From Chrysomallon squamiferum (Eukaryota; Animalia; Mollusca): a DNA stretch of 64,000 bases. Each line of letters starts with the position of its first letter. Position 1 is the stretch's first letter. Made by a program: the position numbers and the translations under genes. Under the pieces are notes generated by a model, which searched no databases, was not told where the DNA came from, and worked only from the letters and a program-made list of their open reading frames with translations. Below are positions 1-13,153 of this stretch, one piece after another. The stretch lies in assembly GCA_012295275.1 (NCBI GenBank), contig CM022673.1, positions 10,664,001 through 10,728,000 of the forward strand. The letters run 5' to 3'.

Positions 1-1
1 C

Positions 2-442
2 ACGGTCTCGCTAGTAACATCAAAAAGCAGTCCAACTATGACTGGGCGAAATATAAATGATAAAAAAGAAAGACCAAGGAAGCCATGCTCAACTGAACTT
101 TCTAGCCTAGCACATCTCGAAGGAGACAATGCACAGGAAGGGACACAGGGAGCTGGGGAAGAAAATCCAGAAATTCTTGAGCTTAAACCTGAGGTGATGA
201 CCCCCAGTTCAATCAAGTGTAATGTGTGTTGTAGAGAAATGTGTATGTATGGAGCAACTGCTATTGGTGAGTTGTTGCAGATGCAACTTGCAGCATTGAA
301 GTATGCCATGAAATCAAACACCACTGCAAGAGCCTACATCACCAGACCCATTCCAAACAGCTACCAGCTGTTACAGATGTCTCTAAGGCAAAAGCCACCA
401 CCAAAGAATGATTTTAAAAAAAAGTCAAGAAGTGAAAAATAA
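2..442 (+). CDS. 3'-terminal coding exon (partial) of an unidentified protein
   Basis: Frame is open from base 2 to TAA at 440-442, with much higher GC and complexity than the flanks. It contains a structured-looking block (CNVCCREMCMYGATAIGELLQMQLAALKYAMKSNTTARAYITRPIPNSYQLLQM) and a basic tail (KKKSRSEK), followed by about 2.7 kb of T-rich UTR-like sequence. The 5' part lies outside the window and I do not recognise the family. Confidence 0.75.
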   Translation, partial: TVSLVTSKSSPTMTGRNINDKKERPRKPCSTELSSLAHLEGDNAQEGTQGAGEENPEILELKPEVMTPSSIKCNVCCREMCMYGATAIGELLQMQLAALKYAMKSNTTARAYITRPIPNSYQLLQMSLRQKPPPKNDFKKKSRSEK

Positions 443-3200
443 CTTTTTTTTTTACATGATATTAATTTACTTTCAATTTCTCAGGGATGCTTTTTTGGAT
501 TTTGAACATTTTACCATTAGAATCAAACAGTTAACATCTAGAGAGTTTTAGATAAAAATTACTCAGTGTGATTTCAGATTTCTTCTATATAAAAAGAATT
601 TTGAAATAATGGTGGTATCGTCTTCAAAACTGGTGTTTCTGAGGTTTGAAATTTAGAAATTTTGCATTTTTTTTAATTTCTAAAAAAAAATTTTATTCTT
701 ATGAAAAAATCTGACATTCTTTGTTTTGAGTTTAGAAAATAGTTTTCTTTTTTCTAATATTCACATATGTATATCATTTCATGTTTTAATATACATATTA
801 GTAAATTATTTTGTCAAGTTTCATTATATTAAAAATAATTCAAATAAATAATTAAGATTTATTACTTTTGGTGGAAATATTTTCAATGTTGGAGTTTTAT
901 ATGTACTGTACAGGAATTTTCATATATTGTACTGTTTTTTGTACATTGGAAATTTTTTTTTTAAATGCATATTTATTGTTTAATTTTTTTTATGTGTACT
1001 GAAGTGGATCTTTCATATTCAAGATATAATCATGTTTTGGAGAAATTTGGGAAAGGTTTTGTTTATATTGTTTGGCTCAATTTATATTTTTGATCATGAG
1101 TTTTAAAAAAAAAAAATTGTAGTTTAATATTGCTTGTTGTTTATCTTTGGATTTGAGAATTTTTGTTATTTTATTTTTGTGAATGTGTTAAAAAGAGTGC
1201 ATTTAAGCAAATGGTTTGACAAGTAGCTTCTTAAGAAGAAACATAACAGTGAAAATGGCAAAATTAGTTTTTTTTGTTTTTTGTGATTTTTTTCCAGCAA
1301 AAGGACACAATCTGGATAAAAGATTTGATAGGATTTTTTTGGTTATCAAATCACTGCATTTAGATTTTTCCTTTTATTATTTGTGCATATTTATTTTTAT
1401 ATAAATTTTCTCCACTACCTTTTGTATTTTTTCTTTAATTTTTTATAATTATTTTCCATTTTTATTTCAATATTTATCATAATTTTAATTTTTGGTTTGT
1501 TTTTGAACCTTTATTGTTTCATTTTTTATTTTTCAATCTGATTTTAAAAGCTTTGTTTTCGTTTTTAAAATTTTTATTTAAATTTGTTTGTAAAATTTAA
1601 AAATTACAGCCTTTTGTTATTAATTGTGCAAAATAACACACCTTAAGATAAGGTATAGTTTCTAATTGATGAGGAATAACTTTAGTTATATAATACTAAA
1701 TGGTATTTACTGGTTAAATAGGAATGACACTCAAGATAATATATGTTAGGTGTACCAGTGGAAGTCTATATACTTGTATATACATCATAAACTTTTTTCA
1801 TTGCAAATTTAAAAAAACTTAGAAAAAAAATAAAATAAATAAAAAAAAAAAAATAAATTAAAATTTTCTTTAAAAAAAACATTTTTTATTTACTTCATAT
1901 TGTTTTTATTTTATTTATAGATCTGCTAGAGTAGGAAAAGTAAATAAAAAAATAATAAAAATATATAAAAATAATAATAAAAATAATTTATGTTCTTTCT
2001 TTTTTTTTTTTAAATTATTTATTCCCTTGCAAAATGGTAATAAAAAAAAAAAAGTTTTCTTTTAACAAAATCACAATATTTATTAATAATATTTTATTTA
2101 ATTGATATTGTTTATATTTTATTTATAGATCTGCTAGAGTAGGAAAATTAAATAAAAAAATAATAAAAATATATAAAAATAATAAAATAATTTATGTTTT
2201 TGTTTTTTTAAATTTTATTTATTTATTCTCTTGCAAAATGGTAATTAAAAAAAAAAAAAAAAAAAAAAAAGTTTTCATTTAACAAAACCAGTATTTATTA
2301 TTTACTTATCTTTGGTTTGGTTTGATTTGATTTGAAAAAAAAAAAAAAAAAAGGCCTGTTAACAATAGGAAAAATAAATAACAAATATATAAAAATATAT
2401 ATAAATAATCACAAAAATATTTATTTTTAGTAGATGTCTTTTTGTTATGCATTAACTGGTGGGGAGCTTTTAAACTTTGTTTTAACTTTCCATTTAAAAA
2501 AAAAAAAGAAATCATAAATTAAAAAAAACAGGCCTACTTACAATAATTGTTATTACCATGATAATAATTTATTAATTGGTATATATTGCATTATTTTTAA
2601 TTTCATTACACGCAATTTTGTTTTAAGACTCATGTATGTACCTTTGCTTCAAATACTTTTTTATCCTTAATAAAAATATATTTTGTATTTATTTTAATTA
2701 ATGTTTTTGTTAGTGATACAGAAGAAATTGGATTTTATTTTTCATTTTATAATCATTATTTGAATTTTCTTTTGTTTTCTTTTTTGTAAATAGGTACTTG
2801 ATTATAGATTATAGATCACCTGTGATATGGATATCTGAATTTTATTTTTTGATCGAGTTTATCAGGGTTTTTTAATATTTTTTCTGATTTTCTTGCAAAA
2901 AGTGGTAGCAAGATTTTAAAAAAATATATAATATTGTTCATTAAAGCTGAAAGATGTTCTATATGATTTAAAAAAATTGTTTTGTTGTTGTTTTTTTTTC
3001 ACCATTAAAGTTCATAATTTCATTGTTTTATTATTATTATTTTTTTTTCAATATTGGTTTGATGTTATTTTTCTTGTTAGATTTAGTTTAGAAAATGTCT
3101 TATTAAGACAAAGGTCATGTACTGTTCATTGGAGTGGGAAATAGAAGCGATTAAGCAATATAATTATTTTGCAACAATAAAAAGCAAAAATTTATTATTT
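443..3200 (+). other. Probable 3' UTR of the left-edge gene, with candidate poly(A) signal AATAAA at 3176-3181
   Basis: The plus strand is strongly T-rich up to about 3.1 kb and then becomes A-rich. An AATAAA sits at the switch point. Confidence 0.45.
1897..2302. repeat. Tandem duplication, two copies of about 209 bp
   Basis: 'tttatttatagatctgctagagtaggaaaa...cttgcaaaatggtaat' occurs at about 1910-2041 and about 2118-2245. Confidence 0.85.
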
Positions 3201-3419
3201 AATGAATAATGATTATATTTGACGATATCACAATATATTTTAATAATACTTATAAAGTTAATAAAAGTAATTGCAATAAATATTTAAATATATAAATATA
3301 ATACGCAAAAATATTTAAGTCTAAATTAATAAATAACTAAATATAAAAATAAATTTAATAAGACAAAAAATGTCACAAGTAAATAAAATGTGCATTCAAC
3401 ACATACACACTTTCTCATG

Positions 3420-3421
<2 letters not shown>

Positions 3422-3512
<91 letters not shown>
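3422..3512. repeat. (CT)n microsatellite
   Basis: Perfect dinucleotide run of about 90 bp between the two convergent 3' ends. Confidence 0.97.
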
Positions 3513-3515
<3 letters not shown>

Positions 3516-3549
3516 CTCACTCACTCACTCACTAAAGACAACAAAACAC

Positions 3550-5961
3550 AATAATAATGTTTGGGTTTTTAATAGGACAAATTATACAGTGATGCAAAAG
3601 TCTCTGACACACACACACACAGGCACCCATCCACTCGTGAATTTTTCAGGGAACATCTACATCATGGACATTATGCACACCGTATTTACACCATGAGCAA
3701 ATAAATAGCCAAACATACACTGAGACTTTCTGCTCAGATGCCATATTGCACAAAGGTCATGTCAATAAAAAGGCAATCTACCTGCATTAAAAAATAATAT
3801 ACACAATACTGATGTCTAAGAAAAAGAAAATAATCTATTAAAAAAGAATGTCAAATGGGTATGTTTATGGAAGCAAAATGTAATTATTATTATTATTATA
3901 TTACATATTAATTTTAGCCAGTAAACAGAATATTAAACAACAACAAGTTATATATGAAATGGTGACGATAATATACATATAATTACAAAATCTACAGTGG
4001 AAAAAATGATCCTGCATAGATGAGCAAAAAAAGCAAATGTTTCAAAATAAAAATGAAAAAGCACTGACTGATGCTTACACCAATACAAAATACAGTTCTA
4101 AACACTAAATGTGATAGTTATAAAATACGTAATATACATATTGTAAACCTGAATGCAATATTATTAATAAGTAATTATTTCTGTGATTAAATTTTAAGAC
4201 TAAAATATGCAAAAAATAAATAAATAAAATACAATAAAATAAAATTTTAAACATTAAATTAAAAGTAATGCAATTAACGATAATAAAATAGATTAAGAAG
4301 GAAAAGTTGTTAACTATATCCCACTCCTAGAGATAAAAATGTTTACTAAAAATCATTAATAAAAATTACCAAAGCCCAAAATTTCTAAACTAAGATTATA
4401 TGGTACTGCTTTTACTAACCCTCCTTATTAACTGATTAAAATCCATGAACTGTCTAAACCGCTGTTTCCAAACTACATGTCACAATTTTTTTTTAGTGAT
4501 ACACAACTGCATTAATTAAATAATAAAATAAACTAATATTAAGATTACCACATTTGAAAATTATTAAATTATATTGAGATAATAGAGTTTTGCATGATGT
4601 TTTTAAGATAATATTAAATTTAAGAATTTATTCAAACATAAAAATGGTGGCTATTTGCTAAAATTAGTCATTCTGATTATTTTAGAATTCTGGATTCTTA
4701 TAAAAATGAACACAAAAACATGAAAAGAAAATGTGAGACAGATTTGAAATGAAGAACTGATCAAACATAATTTTAAACTATTATGAGATAATTAAATTAA
4801 ATTATGAGAATTTAAAAAATAATAATAAAAATTGTATTTGAATTATTTATTTTAAATTTATTTTTTACTTTTCATAATGATTATTTTATTAGATATTTTA
4901 TCATTTTTGTAATTACATAAGAACTATTAAACTGAATATATTGACTGTTATTATTTTGTACATTGATTATTACAGTTTGCATAAATAAAACAACAGTTAA
5001 GATAAATTATTATAAATAACAATATCTATCAACAAACAATACAAATAAAATTAAGGAAAAAAAAAAAATATGACAATATTTAAAAGTAAATAATGACAAC
5101 ATTTCCTTTAATTAATGTTAGGATAATATGGCAGTGATTAACAAAAAGATATATGAGAAAAAATTAAATAATGTAATCACCACCTTGACTTACTTAATAC
5201 TTTAGATGAGAATTTAAAATAAATATAAAACACAGTTTGGTTCAGCTACATTAAAACAACAAATTTCATAACACAAGGAAAATAACTTTCTTGACAACAC
5301 ACATGTAACTCTTCAGTAACAAAAGGAAGATTATTTTCGTGACAACATTAACTCTTAAATGACAGAAGGGAGATAATTCTCAGCATGAAAAAAAAAAAAA
5401 AAAAAAAAAATAATAATAAAATGCATGCACAGTACCTTGATTTATCAAAAAAGTAGAAAAATACATGAAATGGCAATGCTCGATAATGGTCCATGCGTGT
5501 TTTATGACATACACTGATAAACGACAAAGTGGTTTAGGTTGGAGATAAATATTAAAATGAAAACTAACATTCACATCTCATTAACATAAAACAAAAACAT
5601 AAAAACAGTATGGCCAACAACAACATTTTACTAAAAAAATAAAAGATATATAAAATATATATATTATTCATACACTAAAATGTCTATACATCTTAAAAAT
5701 ATTTATCATAAACTGATCCTGAAGGGGACATTTATCATATATTTTTATTTTTATTACTGTTTTTTTTTTTTTTTTTTTTCATCTTTATAATGAAACTCCT
5801 GAAAGGTTTATTTCTTAACAGTTATCTTATACACCCTTTTATCAACCTGAAACATTTATTATCATCATTATTATTATTTTATGTGAAATTGAACAAAACT
5901 TGCCCATCTTTTTTATGATAATGTTTGACTGTACTTAAAACAGAACTATTTTATAAATAAT

Positions 5962-5996
<35 letters not shown>

Positions 5997-6326
5997 TGTG
6001 TTTCCTTACTGAATACATTGTATGGAAAATAATTTTAATTAGTTAATTTGTAAACAGATTAGATACAATGATTTACTGTGGTACAAAAAATAAATATAAA
6101 GTTTATTAATAGAATAAATTAGACAAGAAAATAGTAATCCAAAAAAATTTAAAAATAAAATAAAATAAAATAACACACAAAACACAACAAAACAAACAAA
6201 AAAGTCTAAAAAGAAACCAACAAAAAAGAGATAACTTTTCTTAAACAGTAAAGCTATTCACAACTTTCTTCTGTAACAGTTTTAATTATTAAATGAACAA
6301 TTAATTATTATAATATATAAAAATAT

Positions 6327-6361
<35 letters not shown>

Positions 6362-9054
6362 ACAAAAATATAAAATGCTTTAACATCTGAAAAGTTTATG
6401 CCAGCAATAAATAAAGATAAAATAAAATTAAAATTAATTATTATTAAAACAAAATAGAATAATATAAAATAATTTGTAGCTCAATAAAATATAACAATAA
6501 AAACTGTAAGAACTTAATATAATTTGAAGAATTTGTAAGACACCTTTTTAATAAAATTAATAAAAATTAAAATCAATTAAAAAGACAAGAACTCAGAATA
6601 TGGTGGGAGGTTCACAACAGGTTGGAAAATACTTCTGAAGAAAATAGTTTAATTTCATTGTATTCTAAACAATAAATAAAATGTTCAAACAAAAAAAAAA
6701 AAAAAAATTGATATTAGCTTTACTTCTTTCTAAGAGATAACACATATTTCATTCATTTTTGCCAAATTTTAGATATTTAGATTTAAATTTAGCATCTGAA
6801 GTATGGATACAGACACCCAATGAAACAGACTTTTAATAATCCGAGCAAGAATATAATCTTTTAACCTACAAATATCTTGGCAAACTTTATACCCACTCTA
6901 TTTCATTCTCTAAAATGAAGCATATTTCTGGCACTTTTGCCAAATTTAATATTTATAGATTAAATTTTTATAAGTCTGAATATTTACAAATATCTGATCA
7001 GACTTTTAAGTATAAAGAATAAAGTGTTTTTAATCTGAAAGTACAATGGCTTTTTAAACTTTAGACAGGCAAAAACAATCATCTATATTTCTGAAATGAC
7101 AGCAAGACATCAGACAAGATAATTATTTAAGGAATTACAATTAACACTCACTGTTATTTGGAATTAAAACAACACTTAATTACATGCTTACAAAAGTATT
7201 AAGATTGTCTGTTTCTTATTTTTCCAATTATTATTAATATTATTAGAACATTTTTATATATGTATATATATACATATAAACAACAGAATGCTGTATATAC
7301 ATTTCAAGATTTGAAAATTGGGATAAAAGCCTTCCTACTTTACATATTAATTCTTATTTATATTGCACCTGCAAAATTTACAAGTATGATGGAAAGACAA
7401 AAGGACTTACAGATTTTAATAAAATAGAGAGACAAAAAAAAAAAAGATAAGAAATTGCTCAGCAAAAATGTTAGCATTTACTAAATACAGTATTGAATCT
7501 TTAAATAACATATCTGCATAATTATATTAATTGTTACAACATACATGTGCCCTTATGATTTGTACAAGTTTACAACAGAAATGTTTCAACTGACAACATC
7601 AATATTTAAATATTTAGTTATCTATACAAAAATGACAGTATACTAGGTTTTAAAAATAATTCATAAGTCAGTCAATATTATAAGTGTCATACTTCAAAAA
7701 TGGCTAAAATTCTCAAGGAAACATTTAAAAAAAAAAAAAAAAATGAAATGCAATGAAGAGGAAAATAAATTAGTCTTATTAATAAAGAATTGCAGAAAAA
7801 ACTCCCCAAAAAAAACCCAAAGAATATAAAAATTATAATTAAAAAACCGAAAAAAAAAAATAATTAAATATTCAAAAAAAAAATTAAAAATAATTAAAAA
7901 ATGAAAAAAATAAAAATAAAAATAAAAATAAAACAATGAAAAAATGTTTATTATAAAATATTTGTATCTATCTTAAGAAATTAATTTTCACTGCCCTTGT
8001 CATTAAAATAATTTTCTGTTATTCCACAAGTTAATGTTTTTTTAATGAGATGTGACAAGTGATAACATACACATGTGCATGTAATTTGCATTATTATATC
8101 AATATTCCATAGTTTGTGTGCATGCTTACATTTGTATATGGTATTTGTGATCTATGTCAGAGCTACTTAAGGAAATATTCTGGTTCTTGGTTCTCTGAAT
8201 ACTGTGTAAAAAAAAAAAAAAAAAAAAAAGAAGAAATACCTTATTAATTATTAAATAAAGTATTAAAAGTCTATTTCACTTTGCAAATGTTCTTGAAATA
8301 CATCTAGATCAGAGGACAGCAAACATTTTATATCATCAACTTCTGCATACAGTCAATGATCTACCCCAAATCCCAAGATTGCAAAATAAATAAATAAATA
8401 AATATTATTAGTAATAAATTTCTCTATTTAAAGATAAGCAAACTTTGATCATTTCCAAAAAAAATATATTTTTTAAATTATAAAAAAATAAATTAAAAGT
8501 TAACCGTGAGGTTCTTATACTGGTATAACTGTTAATGTAATTGATTCTGCCACTTTACACCCTGATATATAACTGACCCCTAGGACAAACCACACCCACC
8601 CACAGATATCATCCACAGTGCTGACCAGTGATCTAGATAATGTCTTTGACAATGTATGAACAGTTTGGAATAAAGGCTATTTATATCTCCCTTTTTCAAT
8701 AAAAGTTCTTTTAGAAAGTTTAATGACCCAACTTCCAGTGCCAGTGTTACATGCATCAGTGTTATGTGTTTGTGTGTTTTAATATATAAACCCATAACAT
8801 TAGATTTACAATGTATTATAATATTATGTATTGTTATGAAGATTAAATGAGGTACTGTGAAGTACTTTAATTTGAAGATTATGTTGTTTTAAAAACAATT
8901 ACTGTCTGTGTATTTTAATACATTTTAGATGAAATTAATATTACTATTGTTTTCCCTGTTTAAAATGGATAAAAGGTAAAGTTATGTATCAACAATACAA
9001 TGAAAAAAAAAAAAAAAACCCTAAAATTTAAAAAGAATAAAATGAAATGAATGA

Positions 9055-9097
<43 letters not shown>

Positions 9098-10461
9098 CTT
9101 TGGAGAAAAAACAGTTCTAAATTTGTGTTTAATGATACACTGAGATCAAACAACATTTATTCTTTGTACATATTTTTATGAGAGAAAAACATGAGACTAA
9201 AATGAAAGGAGAATTTTTCTTGAAAAAGAAAAGCTTTCTAATGAGGTAAACTACTGAAAGATGATCACATTAAGCTTGCTGAATGATGATGACGATGTCA
9301 CAAGAAGTTTTATTCCTCAGTTACAAATCAGAAGAAACTGCAACAGCCACAGACATCACCAACAGAACAGCTTGTCAGGAAATCCTTCGTCAACAGACTG
9401 CCTTGTTGTTATTACACAAACAAAACAGTTCAGGTTACCAAACTTGACTAAATGGGATGCCGTTACCATACTCATCATCATGTTCTGTAATATTACGCTG
9501 CAATACGATTGTACCACAAGTACAGTCAACAAGATGAAATGGACCAATACCGTTTCTTTCAATACAAAATAAACATGCAACCAGAAATGTCTTAAATTCT
9601 TCAGAAATTTTTCATTCTTCTGCTATCAGCCTGACTGCTGTTGTGTCTAATCCAAAAACTGAGTCAATTTTCATCTTGTCAGTTATCACACATCCAAATG
9701 TCTTTTTTCTTCTTTTTAATACAGAAAGTTGTAACTGCCCTGTTTTTTTCCCAAACATGAAAACAACTTTTCATTGTTCCTGTCATGTTCATTTTCAAAC
9801 ACATCCATAATCCAAACTGTTTTTATTACAGAATGTTGCAGTGACATTTTTATTATTTGAAGTACCCAAAACCCTGAAATATATATTTCTTAAACTCTAT
9901 GACACAGAATGCTACATTCTCTGGATATTTTAACATTTCCTTTAAAACTTAGAAATCCTCCAAAACCTTGAAATGAATATATATTATGAATAATTAAAAG
10001 TTTCATACTCAATTTTACATAGTCTTGTCTTTCACTTAATCTATCATAATATCAGAAATATGCATTATTGACATCTGTTATTTGTTACTGTGATTTGAAA
10101 TACTTTGAAATATATGTGTATATAATTCTGTGTTGCTAAGTGTTTGTGGCTGCCTGTTTGTTTTTTATATGATGCGTCCTACTGCCTTGGAAGTTCCCAA
10201 AACCACAAAACACATGTACTAATATCTACTCCAAAGTGACTTTTCTCAGTCCTGGTGATGGAGAGTTCTTTCATTTAATAATCTTTCAAATTCCACACTT
10301 CCTTGAAATGAATATGGAGTTCTGGTGTGCATAAACAATGATTTTCCTAAATCACACAAATTTCATGGGTGCTATTTCTTGTTGAACCATCTAATATGAA
10401 TTACATGTTCCCAAAACCTTGAAATCAATATTTATAAACTTACTCTATGATGAACTATGGA

Positions 10462-10500
<39 letters not shown>

Positions 10501-11752
10501 ATTGCCAATTCTTAAAAAGCTATAATATTTAAGATATGTCTAAGAAAATTTCCCAAAAATCTGAAAACTAATTTAAAAAAAAAAAGCCCATTTGATCTGA
10601 CACATGTTGGTCTTTGTTAATTTTTCTCTTCATCACTTTTTTAACATTTTGTTTGACAGTTTTTCATACTTTTATATAAATATTGGGCTGGATGTTTATC
10701 ATCTTCCATTAGGTATTATAACTTTGGTTGTATTACATTTCCACAGTGGTATTATTTAGGCTTCTAGTAACTATCTTCCTAAAAGGCAAACATTAAACAC
10801 ATTTCCCAGCCATCTGCCATGGATGCATTGCTAAGACTTTTCCCTAATCCTATTCCAGATAAGCACTATCAGTCATCATTTATCACTTATCTTAAGAAAT
10901 TAATCATAATTTTCTATATATGTATGAGTAATCTGTCATCATCTTCCGGTGAGGCATCATGAAGCTTGTTTATCATAGCATTACCAAGCACTTTTTTTCA
11001 GAATCTTTAAAACAGGCATCATTAAGCTCTAGTTCTGTTTTCTACATAAGCATAAGTAAGCTCTTTTTCTTCATAGGCATTATAAAACTCATTTTTTTCT
11101 CTACCACATGCACATTATTATATTTTGTAAATGACTATCTTCTATGTAGGCATTTTTAAAGATATTTTTCAATACGATCTTTCAAACAGGCATTTTTAAA
11201 CTTTTATCACATCATCCACAGAGGCAATGTTAACTTTTTTTTCCTTTCTGACATCTATCTTCTGCAGTGGAATTTTACTAAGTTCTTGTTCTTGTCAACA
11301 TTTTCCACAACAGCCTTCATTTAAGCTTTCAAATTTTCATCAAAAATCGATGCATGTGTTTAAAAACGAAACACAAAAACAGATTTCAAAAGCAATAATA
11401 AACCTTCATGCCTCTCCTGATCTTTAAAAAAAAAATTTAAAAATTAAACAAAAAAAATCTAAATAAATATGACAAAATATTCCTATGAGTATGAAAAGCA
11501 TCACCTAATTGTGAGAGCTCAGCTCAGTCTATTGTGATTTCTGTATCACAAAAATAAATAGAAAATTTACCCTCTTTTGTAAGGATTCACAGTAGCTGTG
11601 AATAATAATGTTGTATTCTACATTAAAGCATGATAGCTAAGGCAAACTATAATGTTTCCAGGCACACCAGACGTCACAGCTGCTGACATGAATGGTGGGG
11701 TGGAGGGGGGGGGGCGAAAGAAGAAATGTATTTTTAGTTTTCTATTTGTGAA
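3550..11752 (-). other. Probable long (about 8.2 kb) 3' UTR of the SBF gene; candidate poly(A) signal ATTAAA at 3573-3568
   Basis: No credible exons after the SBF stop codon, and the minus strand is largely U-rich. The ATTAAA is followed on the minus strand by a GU-rich element (ttgtgttttgttgt). Confidence 0.4.
10700..11340. repeat. Degenerate minisatellite (about 35-45 bp units, core tcttc-nnn-aggcatnattaaact)
   Basis: Recurrent variants include tcttccggtgaggcatcatgaagctt, tcttcataggcattataaaactc, tcttctatgtaggcatttttaaa and tctttcaaacaggcatttttaaactt. Confidence 0.6.
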
Positions 11753-12908
11753 TTACTGTATACAACTTTGTAACTTGTCAATCCATTCTTGGGCTGCTGC
11801 CGGGTTTGTTGCCATAAAATTGTATTGTCGTCTCACTGTCCTTATCTGAAACACGAGAAAAAAACAAAACAAAAAAACATGTACAGTTGAAGATTGTTAA
11901 GATAAAATCATAAATGCAGCTTATAAATGAAACAGTTTAAATTTTGAGACACATCTGCTCCAAGTAAAATAAAAATAAAAATTTATAAAAAAATACAATA
12001 AAATAGAAATAAGTAAATTAAAAAAATAAATAATAATAAAAATAAATAAATAAAAATAAATAATAATAAAAATAAATAAATAAAAATAAATAAATTAAAT
12101 TATTAATAAAAATATGAATAAATGAATAAAATACACTAAAAGAAAATATATATAAAAAAAAGTATTTTTGACTCATTACCTCAAATATGGAACTTTCTTC
12201 AGATTTCTTAGATGTTCCGGGAAAACTCTTCACAGGTTGAACTGACTCAACTTCAGCCAGGTCGATGAAACCTCTACAGTTTGAGTCCTCCACTGCATCA
12301 TAGTACCTCAGCTACAAATCAAAAACCTTTGTTATATAAGTTTGTGCTGTCAGATGAATTTTTAGTTTGTAAATACTTCCGTTATATAAAAAATAAATGT
12401 AAAAAAATATAAATAAAACATGAAAAAAAAAAAAAAAAAAAAAAAACACTTTAATAGTCAGATGTTCTGAAAGAAAATAGTAAAATCAAACTGAAACTAG
12501 ATATAGTAAACGTCTTTTTAAAAACTACTTTTAACAAAGATTTAATCCCAAATGAAACAGTAAAATCTAATTCAGACTAGATGTCTCACTTTATATTTAT
12601 TTAATAACAATACCAACTCCGAAGAACTGTGTAAAACAACTGCAATTTTAACTCTGGACAAACTCAGTGGATGTTTCATTGAATCAACAAAGAACAGTTT
12701 TATGAATTTGAAAAACGCTACCTTTAATAAACATGTAAATCCAAAATACGTTGCAGCCCAGACAAACTCACCTGGTGTTTCATGGAATCCAGGACAAACC
12801 AGCGCTGCTTCCAGCCTTTCAGCAGAGCTCCTTGTTTGTAAAGATGTCCTTCATGTGTCCGTGTTTCACCAACATTTGCAGGGAAATTCTCATAGATCTG
12901 AGATGAAC
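11753..12908 (-). CDS. SBF2: SBF last three exons: C-terminal PH domain
   Basis: [30 protein letters not shown] / [24 protein letters not shown] / [30 protein letters not shown]. Confidence 0.93.
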
Positions 12909-13118
12909 CTTTTAAAATAAGCTCAAATTAATGATAGGAGGAATGGGTTGAAGGAACATTTGATTAATGACTTTTTAAAAAATAATCAACAGTTATAATT
13001 AATTCCATAATGAAACTGAAATAACAAGAAAGTATAAAATTATCTTTATGTATTAGAAACTCATGGAAACTTAGAAAAACACCCTCACTGATGCATGCAT
13101 ACAATAACACACATGCAT

Positions 13119-13153
<35 letters not shown>

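Noticed and set aside
3326-3696. ORFs rich in ER, SL, HT, CV, poly-L, poly-Y and poly-N repeats (also 13117, 36769, 47832-48441, 50393-50792, 51946-52726, 54865, 56389-57069)
   Set aside because: They are translations of microsatellites in introns or UTRs, with no splice-site or domain support.
9261-9580. 103-aa (+) and 74-aa (-) ORFs in a higher-complexity island
   Set aside because: No recognisable motif and no convincing exon boundaries. Better explained as UTR sequence, although a small gene cannot be excluded without RNA data.
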